From: Candidatus Coprenecus stercoravium
Lineage (GTDB): Bacteria > Bacteroidota > Bacteroidia > Bacteroidales > UBA932
Length of the DNA stretch: 64,000 nucleotides
Assembly (NCBI GenBank): GCA_019116865.1
Contig: DXAW01000093.1
Coordinates: 14,640 to 78,639, forward strand
Direction of reading: 5' to 3'
How positions within the stretch are numbered: position 1 is the first letter of the stretch; every line of letters begins with the position of its first letter. Shown piece after piece: positions 1-10,500 of this stretch. A program made the position numbers and the translations under genes. The notes beneath the pieces are model-generated. The model saw only the letters and a list, made by a program, of their open reading frames with translations, had not been told where the DNA came from and ran no database searches.

Positions 1-656
1 CCCCGGACTCCGCCAGATCCGCCGCCTCGTCTGTGGCAGGTCTTCTGTACAGCTATCTTACGCCATGGCTTGCGGACAATGTTTATGAAAGCGGGGACTG
101 GACAACGCCTTTTTACAAGGATGTAAAGGATGATATTTCAAATGAGAGTATGGATTCACTGCCCTCGGTGCCCATAGGGGACCGGCTTACCCTGGCTCTT
201 CCGGCTGAGGAATTTTTCCGTCAGGACGACATGCGTATGCGTGGAATAGTGCTGCATGATATCCTCGCAAGGGTGGAGTCTGAGCGGGATCTGGAGGAAT
301 CTGTGCGGACGGCGGCGGCCCAGGGAATGCTTCCGGTGAAAGACGTGGAGAGGATAAGGCGGCGTCTGGAGGAAATGATAATGTCGGTGAGGGACCGTCA
401 CTGGTTTGACGGCACGTATTCCAAGATGACGGAGGCCCCGATTATAGCCCCCGGAGGAGACACCTACCGTCCGGACCGGATAATGTTTTCTGAAAATGAG
501 GTGCTGGTGGTGGACTATAAGTTCGGCAATAGGAGAGAGGCCGTGCATCATCGTCAGGTAAAGGGCTATATGGACCTGCTGAAAGGTATGGGATATTACT
601 CAGTGAGAGGATATTTGTGGTACGATAAGGAAGGTGTGGAAGAAGTTGCCGGATAG
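1..656 (+). CDS. C-terminal fragment of a PD-(D/E)XK (AddB/RecB-like) nuclease-domain protein; the 5' end lies outside the window
   Basis: The frame is open from the window edge to the stop at 656. The C-terminal pattern DRIMF..VLVVDYKFG..HHRQVKGYMDLL resembles the D..(D/E)xK nuclease motif at the end of Bacteroidetes AddB-like subunits. Confidence 0.5.
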   Translation, partial: PDSARSAASSVAGLLYSYLTPWLADNVYESGDWTTPFYKDVKDDISNESMDSLPSVPIGDRLTLALPAEEFFRQDDMRMRGIVLHDILARVESERDLEESVRTAAAQGMLPVKDVERIRRRLEEMIMSVRDRHWFDGTYSKMTEAPIIAPGGDTYRPDRIMFSENEVLVVDYKFGNRREAVHHRQVKGYMDLLKGMGYYSVRGYLWYDKEGVEEVAG

Positions 657-701
657 ATTTCCATTCACTATATTTGCACCCGGATTTAAACCAACAAAAT
701 T

Positions 702-2438
702 ATGAGAAATGAATTGAAGATTGCCGCCGCGGCGTTTTGCTGTGCGGCAGCCGGTGTTGTCTTCGCTTGCTCCTCGGAGCTTGACATCACTGAGGACAGT
801 CTCAACATCGGAATTACAGTAGGAGGAGACTCGCTGGCCCTTCCTGTGGGCACGACGGATTCCGTTACTCTGGCCGACTTTCTCAATGTCGGCTCGTCCG
901 AGGTCGTTCATCTGGATGAGAACGGCAATTATTATATCGAGACGCAGAGCGCTTTCGAAAGGGAAGTCTCGGTCAGTGATTACGCTTCCAGACTGACAGT
1001 GCCCGGCATAGACAAACAGTGCGGGGACAGGGATTTCACTGTGCCGCAGGGCAAGCTGCCCGAAGCCGACGGAGTGACGGTCAGGGCTGACTATGACTAC
1101 GATGACGAGTTTACATACAAGTTCTCTTTCGAGGAGGCCAGGGACTCAGGAGTCGTCAGTCTCAAGGAGGTATATCTGGAAGATACATACATGGTCCCCC
1201 ATATATCCATAACATCGGACAAGACCCTGCCTTCGACGATGCGTGTTGCGCTTCAGGTGGAGGTTCCTGACAAATATGTCTTTAAGGAATCCGAATATGT
1301 GGACGGCAATCTGGTTACTTTCGAGGGCCCCGTCAGGGCCGACGGAAGCGTGGATATCGCTCCTTTGGAAATGGAGGCTCTGATACTTAATGTTAAAGAG
1401 GGAGACGACTTCGCATTCGAGGATGTGTTCTATGTCCGTCAGTTCTCTATTATCGTGGATTACGGAGAGATGGCTGATTTCGAGGGAGCGGATGTGCATG
1501 TCGCTACCAGGGTCACTGCGGGAGCGGAGGACGGCTCGCTTCATCCTTCCTCATTCCTTGGGAAAGTGGATATAAACATTAATCCGATAGAGAATGAGTC
1601 TCTTCTTACTGGGATTCCCTCATATCTGATGTCCGATGACGTGTATCTGGATTTCACATCTCCCTCGGTCAGATTCAAACTGGAGACCAATGCGGCCGTT
1701 CCGCTGCTGGTGGATGCTTCGGTAGAGCCTGTGTATGACGGTGTGACCGACAATGCTTTCGAATTTACCATACCGGCGCCTGTGGCGGAGAACGGGACGG
1801 CTTCGGCATTGTACTGGCTGTCAGACGAGCAGCCGGCGTCTCTGTCTCCCGGATATGAGTGGATAGAGGCCGGACTTCGTGACCTGATAAGCCGCATTCC
1901 GGACAGGATACGCTATGTGGTCGCTCCCCGTTCGGATATGAGCGTGGAGGAGGATTATCTTGTAGACTGCCATGCTGATTATGTCTTTGACGGCGACATG
2001 ACATTCAATCTTCCCTTGGCTTTCGGAGACAGTCTCTATATACCTGTCCGTGATACTCTGACAGGTCTTCCCGATGAACTGGCTACGGCTTTGAGTACTT
2101 CCGGCGTGGAGGTGAGGGGAGAAGTGATAAGCACTTTCCCCGTGGATATCAATATCGGAGCCGTGTTCCTGGACAGCTACGGCAATCCTGCTGATGTTGA
2201 AGTGATTCCGCAGTATATAAGCGGTGCCGGTGCTGACGGAGCGCCTGTGACGTCGCCTTTGACACTTAAAGTAGAGAGCACCGGAGAGGTTCTGGACGTA
2301 GCTTCCGTGGTTGTTGTCTTTGAGCTGTTGCCCGGAGAGGTTCCTGGAGTGCAGATATCCGACGATGCGTGGATACAGGCATCTCTGGCACTGTCTGTCC
2401 CCGGTGGAATAACACTGGAATTGGGCGATAATGAGTAA
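702..2438 (+). CDS. Acidic lipoprotein of unknown function (578 aa)
   Basis: ATG start. The signal peptide has a lipobox-like VVFAC-SS. The mature protein is very D/E-rich with no catalytic motif I recognise. It lies 17 nt upstream of the next gene's ATG. Confidence 0.65.
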   Translation: MRNELKIAAAAFCCAAAGVVFACSSELDITEDSLNIGITVGGDSLALPVGTTDSVTLADFLNVGSSEVVHLDENGNYYIETQSAFEREVSVSDYASRLTVPGIDKQCGDRDFTVPQGKLPEADGVTVRADYDYDDEFTYKFSFEEARDSGVVSLKEVYLEDTYMVPHISITSDKTLPSTMRVALQVEVPDKYVFKESEYVDGNLVTFEGPVRADGSVDIAPLEMEALILNVKEGDDFAFEDVFYVRQFSIIVDYGEMADFEGADVHVATRVTAGAEDGSLHPSSFLGKVDININPIENESLLTGIPSYLMSDDVYLDFTSPSVRFKLETNAAVPLLVDASVEPVYDGVTDNAFEFTIPAPVAENGTASALYWLSDEQPASLSPGYEWIEAGLRDLISRIPDRIRYVVAPRSDMSVEEDYLVDCHADYVFDGDMTFNLPLAFGDSLYIPVRDTLTGLPDELATALSTSGVEVRGEVISTFPVDINIGAVFLDSYGNPADVEVIPQYISGAGADGAPVTSPLTLKVESTGEVLDVASVVVVFELLPGEVPGVQISDDAWIQASLALSVPGGITLELGDNE

Positions 2439-2455
2439 ACTTAAATTTGAATGAT

Positions 2456-3880
2456 ATGAAAAAGACATTAATATTATCGGTATCACTGCTCTTTACGGCA
2501 TTGACCGCAGGTGCGCAGAGCCTGACCGGATATTTTGTGCGTAACTCCACATTCAACCACGAGTTCAATGCGGCGTTTGCGCCTGATCAGGGATATGTGG
2601 GATTCCCTTTTCTCAGCGGGGTGAATCTGCAGGTGGGCAGCAACCTGACTCCTTCCAAGCTGATGTATCCTCTTTCTGACGGAAGCACAGGCCTTTTCCT
2701 GAACCATGAGGTAAGCGCCGACCAGTTCCTTTCAGGTATCAGAAAAAACAATTATCTGGGAACCAATATCAACTACAAGCTCATAGATGCCGGATGGTAT
2801 ACATGGAAGGATTCGTTCTGGACTCTGTCCTTCGGAGTGAAGGCTGATGTGGATCTGTCGATTCCAGGAGAGTTCATGCGTTTCGCCAAAGTGGGAATGA
2901 ATCAGGATCCTACAAATTACTGTATAGAGAATCTGGGACTTACCGGTCAGGTGTACGGCCAGATGGCCCTGGGTTATTCTCAGGGACTCGACAAGTGGGT
3001 CAAGGGACTTCGTGTCGGCGGTAAGTTCAAGTTCTTGGTGAGCATGATGGATGTTCAGGCCAGCATAGACCGTATGGACCTGAGCCTCGGTTCTCAGAGC
3101 TGGACGGCCAGGACATCCGCATCGGCTTCCGTATACGGAGGCGGTCTCGCTTTCAGGTACGGTGACGACGGTTATGTGGACGGACTTGCTTTCGATCCTT
3201 CGGCTCTTGGTGTAGGAGGGTACGGTGCCGCATTTGATCTCGGAGTCGAGTATACGATATCTGAGGGAACGCCAGTGGACGGTATGCGCTTCTCTTTGTC
3301 AGTGACGGATCTCGGCTTCATAACATATGCGGCGGACAAGTCCACCAGACTTTCATCGTCCGGAGAGGTGGTCTACGAGGGCTTCGACGGTTTGGGAAAA
3401 GATACGGATTTCAATTCCATACTGACAACATTGAAGGACGATGCCTTCTCGATGATATCGTTTGCTCCCGAGCAGTCGGGCAAGAGCAGGAGCCGTATGA
3501 TGACGGCCAAACTGTATGCCGGTGTGGATTATTCCTTCCTTCAGGACAAGATGAACGTAGGTCTGCTGTATACCGCACGGTTCGGCAAGCTAAGGACAGA
3601 GAATGAGCTTACGCTTGCCTGGAACTATGCTCCTGTCAGAAGTTTTGACATAGCCCTGTCATATTCGCTGCTCAAGACACATTCCACTATAGGCTGGCTG
3701 ATAACCTTTGTGCCCAAGCGTGGAATAGGTCTGTTCGTAGGCAGTGACTTCACACCGCTGAACTATACTGCGGTCAATATAATGGACGCACTCAAAATAC
3801 CGGTGCCCAAGAACGAGCTTATGCTGGATGTGCATTTCGGTTTGACTATATCTATGGGCGGAACCAACGCCAGACATTAA
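2456..3880 (+). CDS. Putative outer-membrane beta-barrel protein (PorP/SprF- or FadL-like by N-terminal pattern)
   Basis: The ATG at 2456 gives MKKTLILSVSLLFTALTAGAQS, a signal peptide (the ORF-track start at 2447 is TTG). Alternating hydrophobic beta-strand patterns run throughout, and aromatic-rich strands sit near the C-terminus. Confidence 0.65.
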   Translation: MKKTLILSVSLLFTALTAGAQSLTGYFVRNSTFNHEFNAAFAPDQGYVGFPFLSGVNLQVGSNLTPSKLMYPLSDGSTGLFLNHEVSADQFLSGIRKNNYLGTNINYKLIDAGWYTWKDSFWTLSFGVKADVDLSIPGEFMRFAKVGMNQDPTNYCIENLGLTGQVYGQMALGYSQGLDKWVKGLRVGGKFKFLVSMMDVQASIDRMDLSLGSQSWTARTSASASVYGGGLAFRYGDDGYVDGLAFDPSALGVGGYGAAFDLGVEYTISEGTPVDGMRFSLSVTDLGFITYAADKSTRLSSSGEVVYEGFDGLGKDTDFNSILTTLKDDAFSMISFAPEQSGKSRSRMMTAKLYAGVDYSFLQDKMNVGLLYTARFGKLRTENELTLAWNYAPVRSFDIALSYSLLKTHSTIGWLITFVPKRGIGLFVGSDFTPLNYTAVNIMDALKIPVPKNELMLDVHFGLTISMGGTNARH

Positions 3881-3920
3881 AGAAAGAGCGGATGCCGGTA
3901 ACGGCAGCCGCTCTTTCTTT
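3879..3920. terminator. Bidirectional intrinsic terminator between convergent genes
   Basis: The hairpin is AAAGAAAGAGCGGATGCCG-GTAA-CGGCAGCCGCTCTTTCTTT, about 19 bp with one mismatch. T-rich tracts flank it on both strands. Confidence 0.6.
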
Positions 3921-3937
3921 AATCTCCAATGAACGTA

Positions 3938-4357
3938 TTATATCGCAGGAGCTGCGAAGTGCTCCTTTGAGAAGATTCTCGCTTCAGTGATGACGACATC
4001 ATTGCCGTCCTTGTCTCTCATTTTCCCGACGATGGTGCCTATCATTCTCTTATGGTCCACATTCGTGCATTCGAAGCGGATGTGATACGGCTCGTCGATG
4101 TACACTGGCCTGAGGTAGGTGACGTTCTGCGAGATGAAATAGGACATTTTGTCCGCCGGCCACATGGTCCCGAATACTTTCGCAAAAGCGCAGAGAATCA
4201 GGACTCCCTGTGCGATCGGTCTTCCGAACTCCGTGCCTGTGGCGAATTCTCTGTCGATGTGGACAGGGTTGTAATCGTCAGTCAGCTTAGCGTAGACTTC
4301 GGCATCTTTCTGAGTGAATACTGTGTTGTAATCGTAGGTGTCATGAACTCTTATCAT
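3938..4357 (-). CDS. MaoC-like (R)-hydratase / hotdog-fold dehydratase
   Basis: The motif YAKLTDDYNPVHIDREFA..FGRPIAQGVL is typical of the MaoC dehydratase family. Confidence 0.75.
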   Translation of the reverse strand: MIRVHDTYDYNTVFTQKDAEVYAKLTDDYNPVHIDREFATGTEFGRPIAQGVLILCAFAKVFGTMWPADKMSYFISQNVTYLRPVYIDEPYHIRFECTNVDHKRMIGTIVGKMRDKDGNDVVITEARIFSKEHFAAPAI

Positions 4358-4421
4358 AGCGGTCAGTTTTAAAATTGCCCTATAAAGATAGGCATAAAAA
4401 ATAATTTTTCCAAAAACGGGA

Positions 4422-5189
4422 TTAGAAAACTACGGACAGACCGTCGTACGCAGGCTCCACTCCTTCGGGCAGTACCCGGCACAAGTCCTCGTATTTTTCC
4501 AGCTGATGAGACAGATGCGTGAGGAAGGATTGACGCGCTCCCACTTTCCGGCAGACTTCCAGCGCTTCGTCCAGAGAGAAGTGGGAGATATGTTTCTCAC
4601 GGCGTATGCAGCTGATTACGAATACATCCACTCCTTTGAATTTTTCAATGGACTCTTCGGATATGTAGTTGGCGTCGGTAAGGTAGCCCAGTCCGCCGAA
4701 TCTGAAACCCAGTACGGGCATCTTGTAATGCACGGCCCTTACAGGGACTATCTCCGCAGCTCCTATACGGAACGGATTTTCGTCTATGGTATGCAGGACA
4801 AAATCGGGGACTCCGGGATATCTGTGCTCCCCGAACGCATAGGCGTACTCTCTTTTCAGAGATTCCTGCACCGGAGTCTCCGCATAGATGGGGAAACCTT
4901 TGCCGGAGAAGTAATTATATGCCCTGACATCGTCCAGTCCTCCGGTGTGGTCCTTGTGCATGTGTGTGAGCAGTACGGCGTCCAGCTCACGTATGCCGCT
5001 CCTGAGCATCTGCTGTCTGAAATCCGGACCGGCGTCTATGACAAGACGGACTCCCTCATATTCCACATAGGCGGAGGTACGCAGCCTTTTATCATGAAAG
5101 TCATCGGAGCGGCAGACGCTGCATCCGCATCCGATCATCGGCACGCCCTGGGAGGTGCCTGTACCGAGAAATTCGATTTTGTTGCCCAT
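4422..5189 (-). CDS. MBL-fold metallo-hydrolase (PhnP/GPP-like)
   Basis: The metallo-beta-lactamase motif LLTHMHKDHTGGLDD is present. The ATG at 5189 is preferred over the TTG at 5198. Confidence 0.75.
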   Translation of the reverse strand: MGNKIEFLGTGTSQGVPMIGCGCSVCRSDDFHDKRLRTSAYVEYEGVRLVIDAGPDFRQQMLRSGIRELDAVLLTHMHKDHTGGLDDVRAYNYFSGKGFPIYAETPVQESLKREYAYAFGEHRYPGVPDFVLHTIDENPFRIGAAEIVPVRAVHYKMPVLGFRFGGLGYLTDANYISEESIEKFKGVDVFVISCIRREKHISHFSLDEALEVCRKVGARQSFLTHLSHQLEKYEDLCRVLPEGVEPAYDGLSVVF

Positions 5190-5227
5190 AGCACCCAAAG
5201 TTAGGGAAATTTGTGTAATTTTGAAAT

Positions 5228-5935
5228 ATGAATTGCAGACTTTATCTGGTGCCGGCTCCGCTTGGCGACAATCCTCCTCAGGAGGTTATCCCTCCTTATG
5301 TCTATACGGTGATATCGCATGTGAGAAATTTTGCGGTGGAGGACATCCGTTCAGCCCGCAGGTATCTTTCAAAAATAGGATTCAAGGGCATGATAGATTC
5401 TCTGTCGTTCTATGAGGTGAACGAGCATTCGGCTCAGGAGGACATAGAAGGGGTGTTCAAGGTGTTTGCTGAAAGCGGAGAGGATATGGCCGTCATCTCA
5501 GAGGCCGGTCTTCCCGCAGTGGCGGATCCCGGAGCTGCGCTGGTGGCCCTTGCACAGAAGGCAGGGATGGAGGTAGTGCCTCTGTCGGGTCCGTCGTCAC
5601 TCATGATGGCGCTCATGGCCTCCGGTATGAACGGACAGTGTTTTGCTTTCGCCGGTTATGTCCCTGTAAGGGGAGAGGAAAGGCGTAAGAGGCTTAAGGA
5701 GCTGGAGGCCAGGTCCAGGAAATATTCCGAGACAGAGATAATGATAGAGACGCCGTACAGGAGCGATTCTCTTTTTCAGGACATCCTGGCGGTATGCGGT
5801 CCGTCCACGAGACTGTGCGTGGCGGCGGATATCACTTTGCCCGGTCAGTATATAAGGACCAGAACAGTGGCGGAATGGAAAAAAACGGGCCTGACCATAT
5901 CCAGAAGGCCTGCGGTATTTTTAATTTTAGCATAA
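5228..5935 (+). CDS. SAM-dependent methyltransferase, tetrapyrrole-methylase (RsmI/YraL-like) fold
   Basis: LYLVPAPLGD at the N-terminus and ISEAGLPAVADPGA are typical of RsmI-like TP-methylase proteins. Confidence 0.65.
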   Translation: MNCRLYLVPAPLGDNPPQEVIPPYVYTVISHVRNFAVEDIRSARRYLSKIGFKGMIDSLSFYEVNEHSAQEDIEGVFKVFAESGEDMAVISEAGLPAVADPGAALVALAQKAGMEVVPLSGPSSLMMALMASGMNGQCFAFAGYVPVRGEERRKRLKELEARSRKYSETEIMIETPYRSDSLFQDILAVCGPSTRLCVAADITLPGQYIRTRTVAEWKKTGLTISRRPAVFLILA

Positions 5936-6292
5936 ATGGGAAAAGTAGAACTTTGCGGCATGAGATTCTTTGCTCATCACGGATGTTTCAGTGAGGAGAA
6001 GACCATCGGAAATTATTTTACGGTCGATTTCTCGGCCATGACGGACATGAGGGCGGCAAGTGAGAGCGACAATCTGGACGATGCCCTCAATTATCAGAAA
6101 ATATACGATATCGTAAAGGAGGAGATGGCAGTGCCCTCCAATCTCCTGGAACATGTGGCTGGCCGGATATTACGCCGTTTCAGCCAGGCGTTTCCGGATG
6201 TCTCCGGCGCAACTGTCTCCATATCCAAGCTCAATCCTCCGCTTGGAGGCGAAGTGGCCGCCTCCAGGGTAACCATGAGTCTGCCGTTATGA
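5936..6292 (+). CDS. folB: Dihydroneopterin aldolase
   Basis: The size is 118 aa. The protein shows the FolB pattern: an N-terminal segment of the L.G..F.A.HG type and the internal motif DNLDDALNY..IYD. Confidence 0.85.
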   Translation: MGKVELCGMRFFAHHGCFSEEKTIGNYFTVDFSAMTDMRAASESDNLDDALNYQKIYDIVKEEMAVPSNLLEHVAGRILRRFSQAFPDVSGATVSISKLNPPLGGEVAASRVTMSLPL

Positions 6293-7539
6293 GAGTGGCT
6301 GTGCATACTCTCGGTTGCAAGCTCAACTATGCCGAGAGCTCGACAGTGGCAAGGGAATTTGCCCGCAGGGGCTACGAGGTGGTGCCTCATACGTCGGAGG
6401 CGGACATTTACGTAGTCAATACCTGTTCCGTGACAGAGCACAGTGACAAGAAGGACCGGAATCTTATCAGCAGGCTTCACCGCCGTTCACCTGAGGCTGT
6501 GATAGCGGTCATAGGCTGCTACGCACAGCTTCAGGGAGAGAAAATAGCAGCCATGGAGGGAGTGGATATCGTGCTTGGCGCAGAGGCGAAGGGCCGTGTG
6601 GTGGATGAGGTGGAGCGGCTGCTGGCATCAGGCCGTAGACATGTCACGGATATCACCGACATAGACACTGTTCATAATATTTATCCGGCATTTTCCACAG
6701 GAGAGCGTACACGCTCGTTTCTCAAGATACAGGACGGATGTGATTATAAGTGCTCATATTGCACGGTTCCCTATGCGAGGGGCGCCAGCAGGAGCCTTCC
6801 TATGGACATGCTTCTGGCCCAGGCACGGGAAATAGCGGCTTCCGGTATAAGGGAGATAGTCCTTACCGGAGTCAATACCGGAGACTACGGCAGGAAGAGC
6901 GGCGGGAATTTTCTGGAACTTCTCAAGGGACTTGACGCCGTGGAGGGGATAGACCGTTACCGTATATCATCCATAGAGCCGAATCTGCTCAGGCCGGAGA
7001 TAGTGGACTGGATAGCATCCGGAACGAAATTTCTGCCGCATTTTCATATACCGCTCCAGTCAGGATGCGACAAGACCCTGCGCCGCATGGGACGCAGATA
7101 TGATACGGAGCTGTTCCGCTCCAGGATAGCTTATATCAGGGAGCGGATGGATTATGTGTTTTTCGGGATAGACGTGATAGTCGGTTTCCCCGGAGAGACA
7201 CAGGAGGACTTCGAGGCTACCTGTCGTTTTCTGGAGGAGATCGAGCCGGCGTTTATTCATGTATTTCCATATTCCAGACGTTCAGGGACACCGGCGGCCG
7301 TGATGCCGGACCAGGTGCCGGACCGGGAGAAGACCGCAAGGGTGGAGGTGCTGGAAAGGATGTCGGAAAGATTCCATGCTTCGTTCTGTGAGAAGAACAG
7401 GGGCAGGGAAGAGGAGGTGCTTTTCGAAAGTAAGGCGAAAAACGGTGTGATGTACGGCTATACCCGCAATTACATAAAGGTGGAAAGGCCTTATGACAAG
7501 GCTCTTATCGGTCAGATTGTGAAGATTGTCCTGAACTGA
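6289..7539 (+). CDS. mtaB: tRNA (t6A37) methylthiotransferase MtaB (radical SAM)
   Basis: The N-terminal HTLGCKLNYAES, the radical-SAM CDYKCSYC and a C-terminal TRAM-like region are present. An ATGA overlap links it to folB. Confidence 0.85.
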   Translation: MRVAVHTLGCKLNYAESSTVAREFARRGYEVVPHTSEADIYVVNTCSVTEHSDKKDRNLISRLHRRSPEAVIAVIGCYAQLQGEKIAAMEGVDIVLGAEAKGRVVDEVERLLASGRRHVTDITDIDTVHNIYPAFSTGERTRSFLKIQDGCDYKCSYCTVPYARGASRSLPMDMLLAQAREIAASGIREIVLTGVNTGDYGRKSGGNFLELLKGLDAVEGIDRYRISSIEPNLLRPEIVDWIASGTKFLPHFHIPLQSGCDKTLRRMGRRYDTELFRSRIAYIRERMDYVFFGIDVIVGFPGETQEDFEATCRFLEEIEPAFIHVFPYSRRSGTPAAVMPDQVPDREKTARVEVLERMSERFHASFCEKNRGREEEVLFESKAKNGVMYGYTRNYIKVERPYDKALIGQIVKIVLN

Positions 7540-10500
7540 AGGACACGGGGTCGCTTTCCAGATAATTCATGGGGTCCTCCTTGGGTTTCTGTATCTCTTC
7601 CTTGACGATATTGGCCTCCGCCGCTTCTTTTTCCAGCTCAGCTTCAGCTTTCTTCATAAGCTGAAGCTCGTATTCTTCCCTGCGTTTACGGGAGAAGAAG
7701 ATATTGCGCCAGAAATCCCCGAAACTGTCAAACTCGTCCTGATATGTGATACCGAATCCGCTGCGCTGCGTATTGTCGAGATAGTTGGAGTAGGAGTCCG
7801 CCGAGCGGGTGAACAGGGTGACTCTCAGCTTGCCCTGCTTGTCGACTTTGATCTCGGCATCGAAGTCACCGGCCCAGTTGGACGAGGTCTCGCTGTTGCC
7901 TACGTTGCCGTTTATTATAAGTCTGTTGTTGAACGCCTGGTATGAGATGGCGACGTCAAACATGTCCTTGCTGCCTGTGGCCGTTCCCGGCTGATAGTTA
8001 AGTCCCAGGTCCAGCGGGATGTCGAATTGCCTGAATATATTGTTGAACTGGTTGGACAATATCTCGCTGGCGTTGGAATACAGAATGGTCGAGTTGTTGA
8101 CTATGGTGGACTGCTCGTCGGGAACGAAGCTGCCGGAGAGAATGAGTGCGGCGAACTGTTTCTGCACCTTGTCCGGAGTGCTGAGAGCACTTTCCACCCG
8201 GCCTTTTGTTATCGGGTCAAGGTCGGGGATGTCTATGGAGAAAGATATCTCCGGATTGCTGAGCTGCCCCTGAATCTGTATTCCGCAGTTGACATTGCGT
8301 CTGTTTCCCACGGAAGTGGTGTCGGATATGAGCGTGGATATGGAGGCCTTGGTGCTGTATGTGGCCCCGATATTGAGGTTGGTGCTCATAAGGTCGCCGT
8401 TGAATGATATGCTGCCGCCTTCATTGAGGGTAAAATCACGGGACTGGATGGACATGACTACGAAGTGGTAGCTGCCTTCGGATACTGTGTAGTCTCCTCT
8501 GAGGTCCGTGATATTTCTGGCAGGGTTAAGCGTAAGGTCAATCTCTCCGTTTCCTGTGCACCTGAGCACATCTCCCATCTGCTTGTCCATCTCTATCAGC
8601 AGTTCCGTGCCTTGGGAGACGCTGGCTCTGGCTCTGATCTCCACGTTGCCTTTACGAGCCGGAGTCTGCGTCTGGTTTCCTTCACTGTCAGTCCCGGACA
8701 TGGAGACGGAGTCTTCCGGTAGGCTGAAATCAGTGTAGGAGATAAGGTCTGTGGTGGTCGCTGATGAGGCGGAGGACAGGGGGATGTGTATGGCGGAATT
8801 ATCATTGGTGGCCACATCGGCATTGATGGCCAGATTGTCGGTGTAGCCATTGAGGGATACATTGCCGGATGCGTATGCGGTGCCGTAGAATTTATCGTTG
8901 TCTTTCTCTACGGTGTTGAGGCACAGGAAGTTGTCGAACGCCATATTGGCGTCCAGATATATCTGTTTGAAGAAGTTGTGGGTCATGCTGCCGTTGAGTA
9001 CGGCTTTTGAGCCCTCGGGGTCTACAATGTCCAGCCCTCTGAGGTCGATGCTTCTCTGGTTCATTGTCACGGGGCCGCTGATGATGTACGGGACCTGTGT
9101 ATAATGCGGTGTGAGCAGAAGTGAGTCCAGTGTGGTATTGCTGCTGCTGAACATAAGCCTGTCCGCCGGTCCGCTGACGAGAATGTCTCCGCTGACGGTT
9201 CCTCCGGTTATATCCGCAAATTTATTGAGAACCGGGTCGAGATAGCTGAGTGCCAGGTCGTTCAGACTTAGGTTGAAATTGAGATATTTGCGGGAAGGGG
9301 AGTAGTATCCGCTGATATTAATCGGATTGGTATCTTCTATGTAGTTGTTGATTAATACATTGAATCTGTCTCTATTTATGTCTCTGCGGCTGAGTACGGA
9401 CAGGTGTCCGAGGTCTTTGCCGAAGATACTGAGTCCGTCGCCGTCTATCTCCATGGTCGCACCCATTCTGGAGAGCAGGCTGTAGAGGTCAATTTCTCCG
9501 GACAGTCTGCCTTTAAGGTCGATGCCAGGATTAATGAATGTGTTGAGTACGCTCAGGTCGATATTCTCTATGGTGGCGGACAGCTTGTCGTTCGGAGCAT
9601 CGGAAATGACTCCGGATATTTTGATGGTGTCGCTTTCTCCGGCAAGTCCGAAATCCCGGATTTCGTAGCGGCGGTCGGCGATGTCCACAGATGCCGGCCG
9701 GAGTCTCCACCTGTGTCCTCTGAGGTTTATTTCCGAATTGTCGATGTTGACTTTGGCCGTGAGCCTGCCGTTTCCGTCCCTGTCGAATCTGGCGCCTCCG
9801 GAAAGGTCCAGATAGGCGGTGTCGGCGTTGTGGTATGACAATGCGGCCCTGAGAGTGCTGTCATGTTCTCCGACGTACAGGTTGAGGTTGTCCATGATGA
9901 ATCCGTCGGAGGCCAGTCTGTCTACGGACAGTAGTCCGGACAGGGCGCCGGAGGGGTTGCTGGCAGATATCATCAGGCCGTTGAGATTGTAGTTCTTGCC
10001 TGGCCCCTTATGATATGAGATTGCTGATGATCTAGCCTTTACTTCCAGCTCGTTGTCTGCGGAGAGCCTGACATCCAGAGTGGTATTGTCCGCAATGCTG
10101 AGTCCGGGCAGCAGGATGTCGCATATCTTGGACACATCCATTGTCTTCAGGTGGACGGCATAGTGTCCGTCCGGTCTGTCCGTGTCCGAGGTGTCGGCCA
10201 TGAGCACTGGCGCCAGGGAACGGCCCTGCACTGCGAGCTTCAGACGGTTTATCATTCTGGCCGGGGAGTCTGTGCTGGAATAATCGGCATGCAGGATAGG
10301 GGACTTTACAGTGACGATGTTGCGGCCTTCCATGATGGCGGACCTGATATAGAGCGAGTCGATGAGATACTGGCCGTTGTCGTTGGCGTAGCTGATATTG
10401 TCCAGCAGTACGCTGCCAAGTACACTCTTGTCCGACAGGCGCAGGTCTGCCTGAGCTGTGATTCCGAGGCTGGATATTTCTCCTTTTTTAACGACGTTCA

